This document shows, in pieces, positions 28,501 to 36,938 of a stretch of DNA of 64,000 nucleotides. The stretch is from Bacteroidales bacterium (GTDB taxonomy: Bacteria; Bacteroidota; Bacteroidia; Bacteroidales; VadinHA17). Position numbers and translations under genes: made by a program. The notes under the pieces were generated by a model, which saw only the letters and a program-made list of their open reading frames with translations, did no database searches and was not told where the DNA came from. Where the stretch lies: contig OY759745.1 in the NCBI GenBank assembly GCA_963662685.1, positions 1,745,752 to 1,809,751 of the forward strand, given 5' to 3'. Position 1 is the stretch's first letter; each line of letters starts with the position of its first letter.

Positions 28501-28809
28501 TTGCTTGTACTCGGCACTTTTGTTATAAATGATGAATATCAGTCTTTTCTCGATACTATAGTCGAAGAGCTCTTCGACATCCTCGAGTTTTTGCATTGCA
28601 TAGTCGGCTGTATACTGTGCCAACTCTTTACCCTGTTCGTTGAAGTAACAGTCGAAATCGTCGAACCTGTAATACATCCAGTAATAGTCGTAATACTGAA
28701 CCCTGTTTTTACCGAATGTCATCTGGAGACCGTCATAGAACTGCCCGCTCACGTTCACCGCAAGTAACGAGATGAAAATAAATGTTATATATTTTCTAAT
28801 ACATCTCAT
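25543..28809 (-). CDS. Large exported protein: N-terminal domain + TolB/PD40-like beta-propeller + C-terminal Omp85-like beta-barrel
   Basis: 1088 aa with a signal peptide. The mid-region resembles WD40-like PD40 repeats (SPDGRYTAY..., SPEGTRLV...). The C-terminal roughly 350 aa has an alternating beta pattern and ends in F. Confidence 0.55.
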   Translation of the reverse strand: MRCIRKYITFIFISLLAVNVSGQFYDGLQMTFGKNRVQYYDYYWMYYRFDDFDCYFNEQGKELAQYTADYAMQKLEDVEELFDYSIEKRLIFIIYNKSAEYKQSNIGLVSEMEDSYNTGGFSRIIDNKVSLYYEDNHVDYQKQIAAAITEIIVNEMLYDAETKNRISGSSTINTPDWFLKGLMNYVAFGWDFDTEDRVKDGILSGKYKKINHLEYDDAEYAGQSFWRFIGKEYGDAIIPNIIYITKVYKKIDKGFLYVTGKELDELLDEWYDYYRDEYSGQESEENSDDILRRSKKEQIYQQVAVSPDGRYTAYITNDWGRRRVWLFDEVTGKRKIIFRKEPKLEQKMDKSYPVMAWHPGSMILTFINEEKAGLKLYFYRTDEKILETRNMLYFDKVLDFGYSPEGTRLVISAVKNGMTDIYVHTLASGTNEQITYDVADDLTPSFLTGEKNMIIFSSNRLSDTLYNSGDPLERVGLTFDLFTYDVAEKGNIAARLPEGEYTDRFSATGISTSEISYLGNANGVINRYKATLDSTISYIDTATHYRYYLDSKALTDYKRNIEDYSESQSTGKTREIVYNKGRNILKNAEDIEIPSVEPEPTDYRIERTRILHEADSLEQLRQWLVAEDQRRRDTLTKPIYEYYETNEPIDISHYIFEKEKQNYYDELWRKNYMDIDLDTGRLSFPQAQIYETAFYYNYMSTQIDFSFLNNSYQIYSGSSGYYNPGVNLLSTIGTIDMFENFRITGGFRFSGNFDSNEYLLSLDNLKGKYDKQLVFHRQGYYSYTETSIYKTHTHDIYASLSRPITPALALKGTLSYRFDNQVSLAYDMISLEEESIRRHWVSAKAEIIYDNTRERSINIYYGTRFKIFGELYKEMFATKSAMVVLGADFRHYTRIHRELIWANRFAASTSLGPTRLLYYLGGVDNWMGYLFNGTTSMFDTSIPVNTDINYGFQALATNMRGFSQNARNGTSFAVINSEIRWPIIRYFAGHPLKSNFLNSLQVVGFGDIGSAWVGSTPWSGKNAYDSDIYENGPVRVVVDSNHTPIIYGFGFGSRVQIAGYFVRADWAWGVENSYILPRMFYLSFSKDF

Positions 28810-28957
28810 TTTATTGAATGACTGATAATAATGTCGGGTATTTCAGGGTAAAGTGACAAAACTAATGATTAAAAAGTTTAAATTAACTGTTTTTGGCTCT
28901 CAAACATTTATTTTTCTCCTTTATTAAAAGATTAACATTTTTATGGTCTGATATTTG

Positions 28958-28965
28958 TATCTTTG
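28958..28965 (+). promoter_or_regulatory. Candidate -7 promoter box (TATCTTTG), about 295 nt upstream of the next gene
   Basis: Exact TAnnTTTG match. I saw no equally good box closer to 29261. Confidence 0.3.
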
Positions 28966-29260
28966 CGTTTAATGTTTTTGCCGGGATCGATTAGTATAAA
29001 CTGAAAATAGCGGCGGTTTATTATATGAAGGCAAAAAATCAGGAATCTCGGCCCGATCCCCGCATAAAGCTGAAAGCGTTGCTTGTTGTTTAGAGAAACA
29101 TTATCAGTTGAATATCGTTAAACAGCAAAAAAATCAGCAAATTTGAGATTTTAGATTAACGGAAAATTAAAATTTATACAGATGAACCGCTCATGTATTT
29201 TATGAACAATTATTTATATGTGGGCTCCATAAGACAATAAAAAAATTAAATTACATTCTT

Positions 29261-30343
29261 ATGAAAAAATTATCTTTCGTATTGTTGTTTGTTCTTTTCG
29301 GAATTTCATTGTCAGCTCAGCCGGTAATGACCCTGGCGGAAAAAGAACATGATTACGGGACTATTAAAGAGGAAGGCGGTCCGCAAACATACGATTTCCA
29401 GTTGACCAATACCGGTAATCAGCCTTTGGTTATACAACGGATAGTCGCTTCGTGTGGCTGTACAACTCCAGACTGGACAAAGGAACCTATTGCTCCGGGA
29501 GGAAAAGGTAAGATCACGGCTATCTACGATCCCAAAAATGCTCCGGGAAAATTCAGCAAGACATTATCTGTGTATACCAACTCAAAGCCTGAGATGGTGA
29601 CATTGGTCATTAAAGGAGAGGTGACACCCAGGGAGAAAACTATAGAAGAGCTTTATACCTTCGCGGCCGGGCCGGTTCGTTTTGAATCGAATCATCTTGC
29701 CTTTACCAATGTTTTGAAGACCGAGAAGAAAATCCGTACGATGCAGGTTATAAACACTTCTGATGAACCTGTTACTATCGGGTTTGATCAGGTGCCTGCA
29801 TTTCTTACCATGAAGGTGACTCCGGAGGTATTGAAACCGGGACAGAAAGGGTTGGTTCAAGGTACTTTTGATGCTACAAAAAATGATGGATGGGGACAGT
29901 TGAGTTATATGGTAAAAGTTCTTACCAATGGAAATACCAACCAGAACGCTTACTACTATGTATCCGTTAACCTGGTAGAGGATTTCTCGTCGCTAACCAA
30001 GGAAGAGTTGGAAAATGCTCCGGTTTTTTCGGTTCCGTCCAAGACCTTTGATATAGGCAAGATGAAGGGATCAACAACTGCGGATGTAGAATTCGTTATA
30101 ACCAATACAGGCAAGAGCGATCTTTATATCAGGCATGTACGTTCAACATGTGGTTGTACAGCGGTACAACAGGACGATAAGGATCAACCTATAAAACCGG
30201 GGGATACCACCTCACTGAAAGCTGTTTTCAGTTCGGGTAGCTACAAGGGCAAGGTTACTAAAGCGATTTATGTATATACCAATGACCCGAAGAATTCCGA
30301 GGTGGTGCTGATGCTTACAGCCGATGTGGAGCAACCACAGTAG
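29261..30343 (+). CDS. DUF1573 domain protein (two DUF1573 units)
   Basis: 360 aa, signal peptide. The family hallmark appears twice: ASCGCTTPDW and STCGCTAVQ. Confidence 0.8.
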   Translation: MKKLSFVLLFVLFGISLSAQPVMTLAEKEHDYGTIKEEGGPQTYDFQLTNTGNQPLVIQRIVASCGCTTPDWTKEPIAPGGKGKITAIYDPKNAPGKFSKTLSVYTNSKPEMVTLVIKGEVTPREKTIEELYTFAAGPVRFESNHLAFTNVLKTEKKIRTMQVINTSDEPVTIGFDQVPAFLTMKVTPEVLKPGQKGLVQGTFDATKNDGWGQLSYMVKVLTNGNTNQNAYYYVSVNLVEDFSSLTKEELENAPVFSVPSKTFDIGKMKGSTTADVEFVITNTGKSDLYIRHVRSTCGCTAVQQDDKDQPIKPGDTTSLKAVFSSGSYKGKVTKAIYVYTNDPKNSEVVLMLTADVEQPQ

Positions 30344-30372
30344 ACTACTAAAAGTTAATAAATTACTGCTAT

Positions 30373-31470
30373 ATGAGAAAAAGTATCCTGATTATCCTTA
30401 CCTTATCGTTACTGCTGGCGGCTTGCGATAAGACTCCGAAGTATGAAATAAAAGCCGACATTGAAGGCGCTGATGGAGTTATCTTCGATTTGAAAGTAGT
30501 TGATGGCAATGAACTCGTTGCTATAGACTCCGCGATATCTAAAAATAATTCTTTTACCATGAAGGGTTCCGTTGATTACCCTAGGGTGGTATATCTTGAA
30601 GCGAGAAACACCGACCACCGTTCCACTTTTTATCTTGAGAATTCAAGGGTTAGATTGAAAGGGATACTCGATTCTCTGGATTATGTGGAGGTACAAGGAT
30701 CTAAGATACAGGATGATTACATCTCATTGTCGGATACAATACAACCTTATGGCCTGCAATATATGGGATTCGTTAATCAATATCAAATCGCACAGCAGGG
30801 GATGGATGCCATGAAAATGACAGAGTTTGAAAACAAGGCCGATTCTGTTTATAAGATAATCATTGATATACAGGAAAATTTCGTCAGGGAAAATCCCACA
30901 TCTTTTTTTGCCCCTACTATCCTGGTCAGCCTGATAAATTATCTTGATACTGAAGAGATCGAGGAGTTGGTAGTCAATCTGGATCCTGATGTGGCCGCTA
31001 CACCTATAATAATGAACCTTAAAGATAATATAATCAAGACCAGACAGGTATCAATCGGGCAGAAGGCTCCTGATTTTACCCTTAACGATCCTGACGGGAA
31101 TCCGGTATCGTTGTACTCAAAGGTGGGTGTTAAATTGTTGCTGGTAGATTTCTGGGCAGGATGGTGCGGTCCTTGCCGTCAGGAGAATCCTAACGTGGTT
31201 AGTGTATATAATGATTATAAAAGGAAAGGCTTCGATGTTTTTGGGGTTTCACTTGACAGAAGCAGGGATGAATGGGTGAAAGCTATTGCTGATGATAAGC
31301 TGGACTGGACTCATGTGTCTGATCTTCAGTACTGGAATAATGAGGCGGCCAGGCTCTATTCGATAAACTCTATTCCGGCAAACTTTTTACTGGATGAGAA
31401 CGGTATTATAATAGCCAGAAACCTCAGGGGTGAAGATCTGTATAACAAAGTAAGGGATATTTTGCAATAG
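30373..31470 (+). CDS. TlpA-family thiol:disulfide oxidoreductase lipoprotein (DUF4369 N-terminal domain + AhpC/TSA-like Trx fold)
   Basis: 365 aa with lipobox LLAAC and the motif DFWAGWCGPCRQENP. Confidence 0.85.
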   Translation: MRKSILIILTLSLLLAACDKTPKYEIKADIEGADGVIFDLKVVDGNELVAIDSAISKNNSFTMKGSVDYPRVVYLEARNTDHRSTFYLENSRVRLKGILDSLDYVEVQGSKIQDDYISLSDTIQPYGLQYMGFVNQYQIAQQGMDAMKMTEFENKADSVYKIIIDIQENFVRENPTSFFAPTILVSLINYLDTEEIEELVVNLDPDVAATPIIMNLKDNIIKTRQVSIGQKAPDFTLNDPDGNPVSLYSKVGVKLLLVDFWAGWCGPCRQENPNVVSVYNDYKRKGFDVFGVSLDRSRDEWVKAIADDKLDWTHVSDLQYWNNEAARLYSINSIPANFLLDENGIIIARNLRGEDLYNKVRDILQ

Positions 31471-31495
31471 ATACCGGCAGATAGGCGTAAATATA

Positions 31496-32179
31496 TCAAG
31501 ACTCTTCCTTATTTTTCTCTTCCAGGATAAAGCCGGTGCCACGGACGGTGACGATATCAATATTCTTATCATCGGCAAGGTGTTTTCTCAGCCTGCTTAT
31601 GAATACGTCCATGCTTCTTCCAAGAAAATAGTCGTCCTCTCCCCATATTTCTGTCAAAATATCTTCCCTGGTAAGCATTTTGTTTTTGTTTACAATAAAG
31701 TATTTCAGCAACATTGCCTCTTTTAGGGTCAGCTTTTCCTCTGTTTTTCCGGATACCAGGTCAAGGCTGCTGAATTTCAGGGTAGTGTTGGAGATTTTGA
31801 ACTCGTCGGTGCTTGTAGAATATGCTCTTTTAAGAATATTGTTTATTCTAAGTACCAGAACATCAGGATCGAAAGGTTTAGTGATATAGTCATCGGCTCC
31901 AATTTTTAATCCCCTTACTATGTCTTCTTTAAGACTTTTCGCCGTAAGATATATCAGGGGAATGTTTGGCGACACCTCTTTTACTTTCTCTCCCAGTGTG
32001 AAGCCATCCATCTCTGGCATCATTACATCAAACACACATAAATCCGGTTTTTCCCGGTTGAAAAGTTCCCAGGCCTCTTTACCGTCGTGCGCCAGCGTAA
32101 CGTCGTATCCGCTTATTGATACATACTGCGATAGAATATTTCCAAAATCCCTATCGTCTTCCGCTAATAATATTTTCAT
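31496..32179 (-). CDS. OmpR/PhoB-family response regulator
   Basis: 227 aa: receiver domain (ILLAEDD...VMMPEMDG) plus a winged-helix Trans_reg_C domain. Confidence 0.9.
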   Translation of the reverse strand: MKILLAEDDRDFGNILSQYVSISGYDVTLAHDGKEAWELFNREKPDLCVFDVMMPEMDGFTLGEKVKEVSPNIPLIYLTAKSLKEDIVRGLKIGADDYITKPFDPDVLVLRINNILKRAYSTSTDEFKISNTTLKFSSLDLVSGKTEEKLTLKEAMLLKYFIVNKNKMLTREDILTEIWGEDDYFLGRSMDVFISRLRKHLADDKNIDIVTVRGTGFILEEKNKEES

Positions 32180-32209
32180 CAGAATATAATTTAAGTTTCT
32201 TGACTCCCG

Positions 32210-32246
32210 GATGACCCCCTAAGGGCTCAGCGTAACTAAACCCATA
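32210..32246 (-). repeat. Conserved leader element, copy 1 (about 30 nt upstream of the response-regulator ATG)
   Basis: GATGACCCCCTAAGGGCTCAGCGTAACTAAACCCATA. It matches 61790-61827 at 27 of the first 31 positions, in the same orientation and at the same distance from a start codon. Confidence 0.6.
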
Positions 32247-32348
32247 TGTTTCCCGGCATGTTCTTAATCTTTGCGAGTAATGATTGCATTTTGGGTTCAT
32301 AATTTATATGTTTAATTAGTCTATACTATTTTGTAACAGGATATAATT

Positions 32349-33737
32349 TCAACAAGGTATTACAACTGTAAAGATGCTCCCTTTTCCAGGCCTGCTGGTC
32401 AGTTTAACATCACCTCCGTGGGCTTCCGCTATTTTTTTGACATAGTAGAGCCCAAGTCCCAGGCCTTTATACTTGTGAATATTGCCTCCTGAGGCACGGT
32501 AAAATTTCTCAAAGATATGTCTCTGATCAGCTTTTGTGATGCCAATACCGTTGTCTGTTATGCTTATATGCACCATTCCATTCTCGACAAGTCCCTTGAC
32601 TTTGACCTCAGGATTCCGTTCATTATATTTAACGGCATTGGATAGAAGGTTGTTGATCATCGTTGTAAAATATACTGTATCCAGTTCAGCTGATATGTCG
32701 TCAAGCCTTAGATCGGTGTCGATTTTTGCTGTTTTCCCTCCTCCGTTCTGGAAGGAGAGAAGTATATCGTTCATAATATCCGTCACATTTGTAGGTTTTT
32801 TGCTCAGCTCGAACTGGGTCCTCTCCCACATGCTTATTTCAAGTATCATGTTGATCAGTTGATTGAGATGTACACTCTGTTTCCCTATCAATTTTGCCGT
32901 GTCCAGTATCATGCCGTCATTCTGGCGTACCTTATCCATCTCAAGCGTTTTACCCGCAACGGTTATCGTCGCTAACGGTGTCTTCAACTCATGGGTCATG
33001 TTGTTAATGAAATCAGTTTTCAGATCCGACAGCCTTTTCTCTTTTATCATGTTATTATATGTGATGATAAACAGTGTAACAACCAATATTATACTCAGTA
33101 TACTCATAGCCAGCGATGTAGCTGTCTCCCTCAGGATCATTTTCTGTTTATCCGAGAAATCGATATAATATTCGAAATTAAGATTATAATTGTTCCCCGA
33201 GAACCATTGCCGCTGAACCAGAATACTCGACTTGCTTCCATGGCTGGCCGCAGTGAAAGACGGAACAAAATTTCGGAACGAGTCATCCCTGTATATATTT
33301 ATCGTGTCGCCATCAATAATATCGAGATTGTTAATCACAATTCTGTGAATAAAGTCTTTTTCAAACCCCATTCTCTCAAAAAAACCGGAAAGGTAAGCCG
33401 AATAGTCCTGTTCTTCGTTCAAAGCTATGAGAAAGTAATCGTATATATCTTGCTTTTTGGAAGTCAACTCAGCTGAATCTGATTTTATTTCTACAAGTTC
33501 ATCAGCATACTGCTTCGATGCGTAGTCGAGTATTATTCTTACCGTATCGTATGGATCTATATACTGCCCGGAGCTTCTCAATGATGCGGCAGCCTCTTGC
33601 GTAAGCGAACGGTAACGAGAATAAAGCATCTCGTCCTTTTGCTGCCAGATACCCTTTAATATAATTATCTGGGAAGCTATCAGCAGAGGTATCGCCAATA
33701 TTCCCAATAGCTTAATTATGTTTCCCTGTTTAAACAT
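32349..33737 (-). CDS. Sensor histidine kinase (HisKA + HATPase_c)
   Basis: 462 aa, two TM segments, H-box NNMTHELKTPLATI, and G-boxes GLGLGLYYVKKI. Confidence 0.9.
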   Translation of the reverse strand: MFKQGNIIKLLGILAIPLLIASQIIILKGIWQQKDEMLYSRYRSLTQEAAASLRSSGQYIDPYDTVRIILDYASKQYADELVEIKSDSAELTSKKQDIYDYFLIALNEEQDYSAYLSGFFERMGFEKDFIHRIVINNLDIIDGDTINIYRDDSFRNFVPSFTAASHGSKSSILVQRQWFSGNNYNLNFEYYIDFSDKQKMILRETATSLAMSILSIILVVTLFIITYNNMIKEKRLSDLKTDFINNMTHELKTPLATITVAGKTLEMDKVRQNDGMILDTAKLIGKQSVHLNQLINMILEISMWERTQFELSKKPTNVTDIMNDILLSFQNGGGKTAKIDTDLRLDDISAELDTVYFTTMINNLLSNAVKYNERNPEVKVKGLVENGMVHISITDNGIGITKADQRHIFEKFYRASGGNIHKYKGLGLGLYYVKKIAEAHGGDVKLTSRPGKGSIFTVVIPC

Positions 33738-33784
33738 ATAGCTTTCGGATTTTTAACCTTTTATAAATATAGACAATTTTCTTT

Positions 33785-33792
33785 CAAATTTA
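33785..33792 (-). promoter_or_regulatory. Bacteroidota -7 promoter box (TAAATTTG on the minus strand) for the kinase/regulator unit
   Basis: Matches TAnnTTTG, 48 nt upstream of the ATG at 33737. Confidence 0.4.
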
Positions 33793-33831
33793 TTCAATAT
33801 TTTGTAAAAACAATCTTGCCGGAAGTCATCA

Positions 33832-33858
33832 TTAACCTCACGTTAACCTGGCGTTAAC
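33832..33858 (+). promoter_or_regulatory. Three (A/G)TTAAC direct repeats at exact 11-bp phasing (candidate OmpR-type response-regulator binding site)
   Basis: TTAAC at 33832, 33843 and 33854, lying between the two divergent -7 boxes. Confidence 0.4.
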
Positions 33859-33880
33859 AAATTTGGGGTTTGATATGGCG

Positions 33881-33888
33881 TATCTTTG
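33881..33888 (+). promoter_or_regulatory. Bacteroidota -7 promoter box (TATCTTTG)
   Basis: Exact TAnnTTTG match, 33 nt upstream of the ATG at 33921. Confidence 0.45.
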
Positions 33889-33920
33889 ACATGATGTTAA
33901 TTACAGAAATATTTTAAGAG

Positions 33921-34664
33921 ATGAAAAAGATATTATTATTAACGGTTATTGCTCTCCTGCCGGTCTCTATTGTCCTGGCCCAGGATAAGGACCGTGACGC
34001 ATCTATTAAGGAGAGTATCGAGGCACAGAAGAAGGCCGCTCTTGAGGAGAGAAGAGTCAAAGATGTTCCAAGGGTTGAAGATTTCCGTAGTCTTTCTGAT
34101 TCGACTGGCTTCGAACGGGATAACGCTGAATTGGATAGTCTTCGTAGGGAGGCTTGGGCAGATGTTCATAGAGCCTGGGATGAGGCATCCAAAACGAGCC
34201 AGGAGGCGATGCGTGAATATGGGGATGTATTTCAGCAGGCTATTGAAATGGCCAGAAATAACTATGATGAGAATGATGGCTATTCCAGATTTTATTCATC
34301 CTTCGGGATGGGAGGCGATTTTATGTTGTTTAACGAGTCGGAACGTACCTCCTGGGATTTTTCGAAAACTATGATCGAAAATACATTCAGTTCTTCTTAT
34401 TCATTTGACGTGGATGCCGGAGCGACTACCTTTGTTTTGTCGGTCAGTGGCGATTGCAGGTCCGGAGTGATTAAGGTGGAGGTTATTACTCCTACGGGAA
34501 GTAGTTACGCTAATCTTTCAATTGATGAATTTGGTAATCTTAACTGGAGGAAAACATTTAATTTGTCGGATAGTGTCAACAGCGATAAAGCGGGGAGTTG
34601 GAGTTTTAACATTGATACTTCGGAGGCGACAGGTCACTTTAAAATTTCGGCTCAGACCTTCTGA
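33921..34664 (+). CDS. Hypothetical secreted protein (charged helical N-terminal half, beta-sandwich-like C-terminal half)
   Basis: 247 aa, signal peptide ending VLAQ. I recognise no catalytic motif. Confidence 0.5.
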   Translation: MKKILLLTVIALLPVSIVLAQDKDRDASIKESIEAQKKAALEERRVKDVPRVEDFRSLSDSTGFERDNAELDSLRREAWADVHRAWDEASKTSQEAMREYGDVFQQAIEMARNNYDENDGYSRFYSSFGMGGDFMLFNESERTSWDFSKTMIENTFSSSYSFDVDAGATTFVLSVSGDCRSGVIKVEVITPTGSSYANLSIDEFGNLNWRKTFNLSDSVNSDKAGSWSFNIDTSEATGHFKISAQTF

Positions 34665-34701
34665 CAGGGAGGTGCGGGAATACTCATTTTTTGGAAGTAG
34701 G

Positions 34702-35154
34702 TTATTGTTTAACGTTAGCGAACCCCGGATCCCATCCGGGGTTTTTAATAAGCAGATTTCTGTTGCCATCAAAATAACCTAGGATATGTTCCTTAGGTAA
34801 GGTAAATACAAGTTCATCATTATCGCCGTAATAAGGCTTGTGAGCCGACATGACCTCTTCAAGCGAGATGCCGTTCTTCTTTGACAAAAGCAGGTACAGA
34901 TCGTAAACACTCTTGTTGATAGCTATTACTAACGTGTATTCCCCATAATCTTTTCTCTGAAAAAAGAAGTAGGAAATCTCTATCGTTTCTAACGGGTTAA
35001 CCCTGTCAGTCGTGTTTGAGAGCTGGCTTTCATAAATAAAACCATCCAGGAGTATTCTTTTTGCGACAGGCTCCTTTTTGGTATTGTGCAAGAAGATATA
35101 ACAGTCACTGTAACTCCTTAAAATGTCCGCAAGAATCTCCCCCTTATTTTGCAT
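34702..35154 (-). CDS. Hypothetical cytoplasmic protein
   Basis: 150 aa in a clean ORF filling the gap. No recognisable motif. Confidence 0.4.
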   Translation of the reverse strand: MQNKGEILADILRSYSDCYIFLHNTKKEPVAKRILLDGFIYESQLSNTTDRVNPLETIEISYFFFQRKDYGEYTLVIAINKSVYDLYLLLSKKNGISLEEVMSAHKPYYGDNDELVFTLPKEHILGYFDGNRNLLIKNPGWDPGFANVKQ

Positions 35155-35237
35155 TCAGCCGAGAAATTGTATTAGTCTCCAAAAATAGTTTTTATTATTT
35201 AATCCGCAACCTGTAATCCTAATGTTTGGGTAATTCT

Positions 35238-35245
35238 TATCTTTG
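35238..35245 (+). promoter_or_regulatory. Bacteroidota -7 promoter box (TATCTTTG)
   Basis: Exact match, 20 nt upstream of the ATG at 35265. It lies inside the track's longer ORF, which argues for the shorter start. Confidence 0.5.
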
Positions 35246-35264
35246 CGAAACAAGATGTAGTAAT

Positions 35265-36164
35265 ATGAAAAAATCAGTAATATTCGTCGTTTTGCTGGTA
35301 CTGGTTTCATGTGGAACCGGTCAGACAGAGTCCGATCGTTGGGTCATCACAGTAAGTATTGCTCCTTACAGCTATTTTATTAATACGATAAGCGGAGGTG
35401 ACTTTGAGGTTAACGTGATGGTTCCTCCGGGTGCCTCTCCCCATTCATATGAGCCTTATCCCGACCAATTAAAGAAACTGGAAAATTCGCTCGCTTATAT
35501 AGCGAATGGATATCTCGATTTTGAACTCTCATGGGTCGATAAATTTAAAGATATAAATCCCCGGATTCCTTTTATAACAATGACCGACAGTATACCTCTG
35601 CTGGAATCTTCGCATCACCATTCTGACCATGGAGAAGGAGAGAATCATGACCATAGTGACGTAGATGAAGCGACAGGTATTGATCCCCATATCTGGCTTT
35701 CTCCCGGAAATGGGTTGGTTATAGCGCGGGAAATAACCGATTTTCTTTCTATGTTAAATCCTGGACATTCAAGGCTTTATAATAAAAATTTTGAACTCCT
35801 GGCCGATTCAATCAGACAACTTGATGCCGAAGCAGATTCACTTTTCTCTCTTACAGGTAACAAGCGCTTTGTTATTTATCACCCCAATCTGGCTTACCTG
35901 GCGGATGACTACTCCCTTGTGGAGGAGGCGATAGAGAGAGAAGGCAAGGAACCATCGTCTTCGGTTCTCGGGGAGTTGGTGGATATCGCTGAAGAAGAGG
36001 GTATAAAGACTGTGTTCATCCAGAAAGAGTTCGATGAGAGATATGCCCGTTCCATTGCCAGGGATCTCGGTGCGGAGGTCGTTGTTATAGATCCTCTTTC
36101 TGAAAACTGGCTTGGTTCGATGAAAGAGATCATTGAATTGTTGTATAAAAGTATGGACAGATAG
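35265..36164 (+). CDS. znuA: Zinc/manganese ABC transporter substrate-binding lipoprotein (ZnuA/TroA family) with a His-rich loop
   Basis: Start at MKKSVIFVVLLVLVSCG. His-rich loop SSHHHSDHGEGENHDHSD, and a DPHIW motif. Confidence 0.8.
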   Translation: MKKSVIFVVLLVLVSCGTGQTESDRWVITVSIAPYSYFINTISGGDFEVNVMVPPGASPHSYEPYPDQLKKLENSLAYIANGYLDFELSWVDKFKDINPRIPFITMTDSIPLLESSHHHSDHGEGENHDHSDVDEATGIDPHIWLSPGNGLVIAREITDFLSMLNPGHSRLYNKNFELLADSIRQLDAEADSLFSLTGNKRFVIYHPNLAYLADDYSLVEEAIEREGKEPSSSVLGELVDIAEEEGIKTVFIQKEFDERYARSIARDLGAEVVVIDPLSENWLGSMKEIIELLYKSMDR

Positions 36165-36171
36165 GGTAATT

Positions 36172-36912
36172 ATGTCAGTTATTTTGAAAATGCGTTCGTT
36201 ATCGGCTGGTTACGGAACTCGTAATGTGTTGAATAATATAGATTTTGAAATAATCGAAAACGATTTTATTGGTGTGATCGGTCCTAACGGTGGAGGAAAA
36301 ACCACTTTGTTACGGGTTATTTTGGGTGTATTAAAGCCTACCGGTGGTGACCTTATCATGGGAAGTGGCATAGACAAATCAACGATAGGTTATCTTCCCC
36401 AGATATCAACGGGCGATAATAGCTTTCCTTTGTCGGTTTTTGATGTGGTTTTATCGGGTCTTATGATCCGTAAGGGTCCTGGCATGAGATTTTCTCCGGA
36501 GGAAAAGAACAGGGCCTCCGGATTACTTGAAGAGTTGGGTCTGAAAGGTTATAGCCGTTTCCAGCTAAAAGAACTCTCGGGAGGCCAACTCCAGAGGGTC
36601 TTTCTCGCGAGAGCGATAATCGGAAACCCCAGATTGCTTTTGTTGGACGAACCCGGAAACTTTGTCGATAGCGCTTTCGAACGAAGTTTTTACGACAAAC
36701 TGAAAGAACTGAACAGAAAGATGACAATTCTGATGGTTTCACACGACATTGGAACAATCTCTTCTCATGTGAAATCATTCGCCTGCGTTAACGGATCATT
36801 GCATTATCATCCATCGTCGGAGATAACCAGTGAACAACTGCTGGCGTACAGTTGTCCTATACAGCTTATCACTCATGGAGAGGTTCCCCATACGGTACTT
36901 AAGAATCATTAA
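36172..36912 (+). CDS. znuC: Metal ABC transporter ATP-binding protein
   Basis: Walker A GPNGGGKTT, signature LSGGQLQRVFLARA, Walker B LLLDEP. I chose the start at the ATG just after the znuA stop. Confidence 0.8.
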   Translation: MSVILKMRSLSAGYGTRNVLNNIDFEIIENDFIGVIGPNGGGKTTLLRVILGVLKPTGGDLIMGSGIDKSTIGYLPQISTGDNSFPLSVFDVVLSGLMIRKGPGMRFSPEEKNRASGLLEELGLKGYSRFQLKELSGGQLQRVFLARAIIGNPRLLLLDEPGNFVDSAFERSFYDKLKELNRKMTILMVSHDIGTISSHVKSFACVNGSLHYHPSSEITSEQLLAYSCPIQLITHGEVPHTVLKNH

Positions 36913-36938
36913 GAATTACTAAGGAATAAGGAAGAACT

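Noticed and set aside
35226-35264. N-terminal extensions implied by the first possible start in the track ORFs. Also 36133-36171, 9395-9466, 44899-44928, 61758-61841 and 6545-6550
   Set aside because: The extensions start at TTG/GTG or overlap the preceding gene, a -7 box or the conserved leader element. Internal ATGs give proper signal peptides or tidy gene junctions.
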